In this document: one piece after another, positions 29,561 through 32,000 of the stretch
Numbering within the stretch: the stretch's first letter is position 1
How the letters are laid out: each line of letters starts with the position of its first letter
NCBI GenBank assembly: GCA_963745455.1
Contig: CAVUXR010000006.1
Span: 31,457 to 63,456, forward strand
Reading direction: 5' to 3'
DNA: 32,000 nucleotides
Source of the DNA: an uncultured beta proteobacterium
GTDB lineage: Bacteria; Pseudomonadota; Gammaproteobacteria; Burkholderiales; Nitrosomonadaceae
The notes under the pieces: model-generated
Databases searched by the model: none
Seen by the model: only the letters and a program-made list of their open reading frames with translations
What the model was told of the DNA's origin: nothing
Program-made: the position numbers and the translations under genes

Positions 29561-29648
29561 GAACTACGTTGAAAGAATTGCGTTGAAGGAACTGCGTTGA
29601 AGAACTGAGTTAAAAAGAATTGTCGCTAAAGGAACCGCGACGAAAAAC
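29561..29648. repeat. Degenerate tandem array, about 6 units with a 13-15 nt period, consensus GAAYTGCGTTGAAR
   Basis: Units begin at 29561, 29575, 29589, 29602, 29617 and 29632. The first three are well conserved and the last three are decaying. The array lies 215-300 nt upstream of the DUF839 gene start. Confidence 0.8.
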
Positions 29649-29834
29649 AGAAATGTGAGGCAGGCAGGAGAACCTCCAGGCGGAGGGCCTCCTTCAGCTT
29701 TATGTGATTGTTTACCGGAAGAGCGGAGAGAGCCACAGCGTTAGCTCATGGAAGTGAAGCGAAGCGGCCTGAATCCACGATTTTCCCGAGCCACAGGTAT
29801 ATAGTCAACGTCAAGCTTAGCAATTTCCATACGG

Positions 29835-30437
29835 CTAGTAGCCCTTCGAGCGCATGCACGAAGCATAAGCGGTCTGATACTGCGCGTCATGCGATTTATT
29901 CTCGTTGAGCCCGTAAAGCGTTCCGCCCGCCACGCCAGTTACTCCGCCTATCGCGGCGCCTTTTCCGGCGCCGCTTCCACCACCTGCAATGGCACCTCCC
30001 GCGGCGCCCACGGCCGCGCCAATGGCAGCACCCAATGCGGCGTTCTTGAGTACTTCTTCGGTTTTGCTGCTTACGCGCTCATTCGCGTACCGATTGCACG
30101 CTTCCATGATGGATTGCGGAGGATATGCCGGTTGAGGGGGATAGGCCGCTTGCGGCGGATATGGCGGCGGAGGTGCGGCGCTCGAAATGTTCCTGTTGGG
30201 CTGGGCAGGGTGAGCGCTCCGCTGAGATGGAGCCGGTGGGGCTTTCCCGGCTGGCGGAGCAGGAATGCTCTTCTCTTCTGTTCCTTGAGTCTGCGCGCTG
30301 GCTTGGGCCGTTTGGGCGTCAGGCGAGCTGGTTTTTGAATCTCTACCCGTCACGAGCAACGTAGCTGCAACCGTTGCTCCAATCAACACTATTCCGATTG
30401 TTGCGAACTTCCAATAGTTAACTGACTCGTTTGGCAT
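29835..30437 (-). CDS. Membrane-anchored proline-rich / glycine-zipper protein
   Basis: 200 aa with GAGGAGAGG RBS and an N-terminal TM helix (WKFATIGIVLIGATVAATLLV). It also has a Pro/Gln/Ala linker with PPQAAYPPQPAYPPQ, a glycine-zipper segment (GAAIGAAVGAAGGAIAGGGSGAGKGAAIGGVTGVAGG) and a C-terminal ...AYASCMRSKGY. Confidence 0.7.
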   Translation of the reverse strand: MPNESVNYWKFATIGIVLIGATVAATLLVTGRDSKTSSPDAQTAQASAQTQGTEEKSIPAPPAGKAPPAPSQRSAHPAQPNRNISSAAPPPPYPPQAAYPPQPAYPPQSIMEACNRYANERVSSKTEEVLKNAALGAAIGAAVGAAGGAIAGGGSGAGKGAAIGGVTGVAGGTLYGLNENKSHDAQYQTAYASCMRSKGY

Positions 30438-30503
30438 TGCCTCTCCTCTACTTCTAAAACATGATTCTATTTTTATTTAAATCAATTTTTCTAATATGCA
30501 ATA

Positions 30504-30821
30504 TCAGTACGAACCACCACTTGATCCGCCTTTACCCTTGTGTTTTTCGTGACCGTGACCCATACCGTTTTCCATACCCTTTCCGTGGTTCTGGCCGTGT
30601 CCCTGGTTGCTATCGTTTCTCGCGTCCGAGCGCTGCTGCCCTTTTGTTGCGCCGCCGGACCATTGGGCATTCGTATTATCTTTTCCTTCCTGACTCATAT
30701 GTCCGGATGCCATCCCGCCAGGATTTCCATGACCATCATGCTGCCCGCCCCCTTTTCCCATCGCTACTCCACCATAGCCGAGAATAACGCTCGCCAATAA
30801 AACGACCATGCTCTTATACAT
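30504..30821 (-). CDS. Small secreted Gly/His/Asn/Gln-rich protein (105 aa)
   Basis: ATG 30821 is preceded by AAGGAGA. The signal peptide is MYKSMVVLLASVILGYGGVAMG, followed by low-complexity sequence ...GGGQHDGHGNPGG...GHGQNHGKGMENGMGHGHEKHKGKGG.... The longer 171-aa track ORF has no RBS, and its extra N-terminus does not look like protein. Confidence 0.6.
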   Translation of the reverse strand: MYKSMVVLLASVILGYGGVAMGKGGGQHDGHGNPGGMASGHMSQEGKDNTNAQWSGGATKGQQRSDARNDSNQGHGQNHGKGMENGMGHGHEKHKGKGGSSGGSY

Positions 30822-31044
30822 TTTTATCTCCTTTTTTATTAAAATTGCACTCAACGTGGCTATGTCCCTTCCCAGATACTTCAGGCGCGGCTCACCGGTT
30901 CCATCTCTGCGGGAAATCTTACAGGTTTCAGGATCAATCTCCATTGGACCAAAGTACATGCTATGGAGGGTCCTGATCCTCTGAAGGGGCCATGATTTCT
31001 TCTTTTTACCACTCCACACATGCCGTACCCCAATATGGCCGCGT

Positions 31045-31550
31045 TTATTGGCTGGGCTGGGGTGCTACTTGCAGCCAGCCGCCAGGGCAATTTTTGACGT
31101 AGGGATAATAACCCTCCGGATTACGGCAGTAGTGCCAATAATTCGCTCCTGGGCCTGGGGCTGGACTTGCACGACCTCTTGCCGCTGAATATACACAGGC
31201 GGTGGCGCAACGGGCACTGCAACAGCAGGCGCATACCCATAGCCAGCTCCATATCCATATCCGCCCCCATACCCGGCCCCGTACCCATAGCCGGGAGCGT
31301 ATCCTGGGTATCCATAATAACCAGCCCTGCCGCCGAAGTAACTGCCCAGGCCATAGCCCAGAACGGCGGCGCCCAATCCCAACCCCAGCCCATATCCGCC
31401 ATAGCCTCCTCGATGATGTCCGTGATGGTGATGACCATGATGACCGCCATGATGACCGCCATGATGACCGCCTCTATTTGCCCATACCGGGCTGGTGGGG
31501 AACGAGCCAAGCAGCACAAGCGTGACGCACATCAATTTCGCCTTTTTCAT
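31045..31550 (-). pseudogene. Secreted His-tract plus Gly-Tyr-rich protein whose conserved Cys-containing C-terminus is in another frame (1-nt break near 31140-31165)
   Basis: ATG 31550 follows a GGAGA RBS. The product has a signal peptide (MKKAKLMCVTLVLLGSFPTSPVWA), GGHHGGHHGGHHGHHHHGHHRGG, a GY-rich block, then PPPVYIQRQEVVQVQPQAQE. The as-read frame ends in RIIGTTAVIRRVIIPTSKIALAAGCK*. A 1-nt-shifted frame instead reads ANYWHYCRNPEGYYPYVKNCPGGWLQVAPQPSQ* (stop at 31045-31047). The span is 506 nt (3n+2). Confidence 0.7.
31437..31472. repeat. Perfect tandem 12-mer x 3 (ATGATGACCGCC), encoding (GGHH)n on the minus strand
   Basis: 31437-31448, 31449-31460 and 31461-31472 are identical. A degenerate unit precedes them. 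Confidence 0.95.
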
Positions 31551-32000
31551 ATCAATCTCCAACTCGTGGTTATAGCAGTGTTTAACTGCAGGAAGAGCTG
31601 ATTCAAACAAAAAATTATTCACTTCGCCCTTTACTCATCTAACGCAGGAGTACCGGATCGGTTGTCCTTCAGTTACAGGAAATCGAAAATATTTTTAGGC
31701 TGAATCTTGCCGCTTTTATGTGGTTTGCTCAACCGGTTGCACGGCCCGGATGTTCGGTCTTGATGCGAAGCCGGTACGGAAGCTGTTGCGGAATGGCGAG
31801 ATGCCTGAATATGACGAGGCCGAAGCTGCGCAAGATAAGGCCGAAGGCTTCGGCAAGCGATGGTAAAACCAACGAATAATTATCGTCATCTCCATAAGAT
31901 TCGTTTTGGCGAAATGACAACCGATGCGCCACTGATGCGTTATATTCAGGTATGAAAATATTTTCCTATGATTGTGGATAAGTATGTCGTAATCGAATGT

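Noticed and set aside
29660-29700. Terminator after the glycine-zipper gene (CCTCC/GGAGG pairings)
   Set aside because: The stems are only 5 bp with competing alternatives and no U-tract on the relevant strand.
31729-31932. 67-aa ORF on the - strand
   Set aside because: It has no RBS and an implausible sequence, and it overlaps a more protein-like + strand frame. Neither is strong enough to call as a gene.

Overview
This window looks like chromosomal DNA from a betaproteobacterial ammonia oxidiser. It is most like Nitrosospira, judged from the AmoC and cytochrome P460 sequences and roughly 53% GC; no database search was possible. It is mostly core metabolism and housekeeping.

Gene content, left to right:
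- 1-1145 (+): the 3' part of a GlcD-like FAD oxidase.
- 1211-8948 (-): a complete aa3-type cytochrome c oxidase structural and assembly cluster, ordered coxB, coxA, a 35-aa small protein, ctaG, DUF2970, coxC, DUF2909 (+ strand), SURF1, a CxxxC membrane protein, cyoE, SCO1. No ctaA is present.
- 8961-10111: a 1.15-kb AT-rich non-coding divergent region.
- 10112-11480 (+): cytochrome P460 (cytL) followed by a CPGC redoxin.
- 11578-19751 (-): the conserved ftsK-lolA-rarA-serS block, plus a helical orphan coupled to serS. A singleton amoC on the opposite strand interrupts this block. It carries its own ECF/sigmaE-like promoter and a strong terminator.
- 20088-25841: tpm (+), then a garR-like gene followed by glcD, glcE and glcF (all -).
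- 26414-27568 (+): a rubredoxin-reductase-like flavoprotein.
- 27667-29346 (-): a secreted DUF839/PhoX-like propeller protein.
- 29835-31550 (-): three small secreted low-complexity proteins (glycine zipper, Gly/His-rich, and His-tract plus Gly-Tyr-rich).

Main observations:
- Four conserved genes (SURF1, coxA, ftsK and the His/GY-rich gene) each have a 1-nt frame break. Three sit at short mononucleotide runs; the fourth could not be placed precisely. Two of these genes are essentially indispensable, so this most likely reflects indel miscalls in the assembly, but it needs read-level checking.
- Two REPIN-like inverted doublets of one REP family are present. One carries a heptanucleotide microsatellite.
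- Several tandem arrays lie in promoter regions.
- The amoC gene sits as an antisense insertion in a conserved block.
- The histidine-rich secreted-protein cluster is the best candidate here for uncharacterised biology.

I did not recognise any rRNA, tRNA, CRISPR array, IS element or prophage gene.
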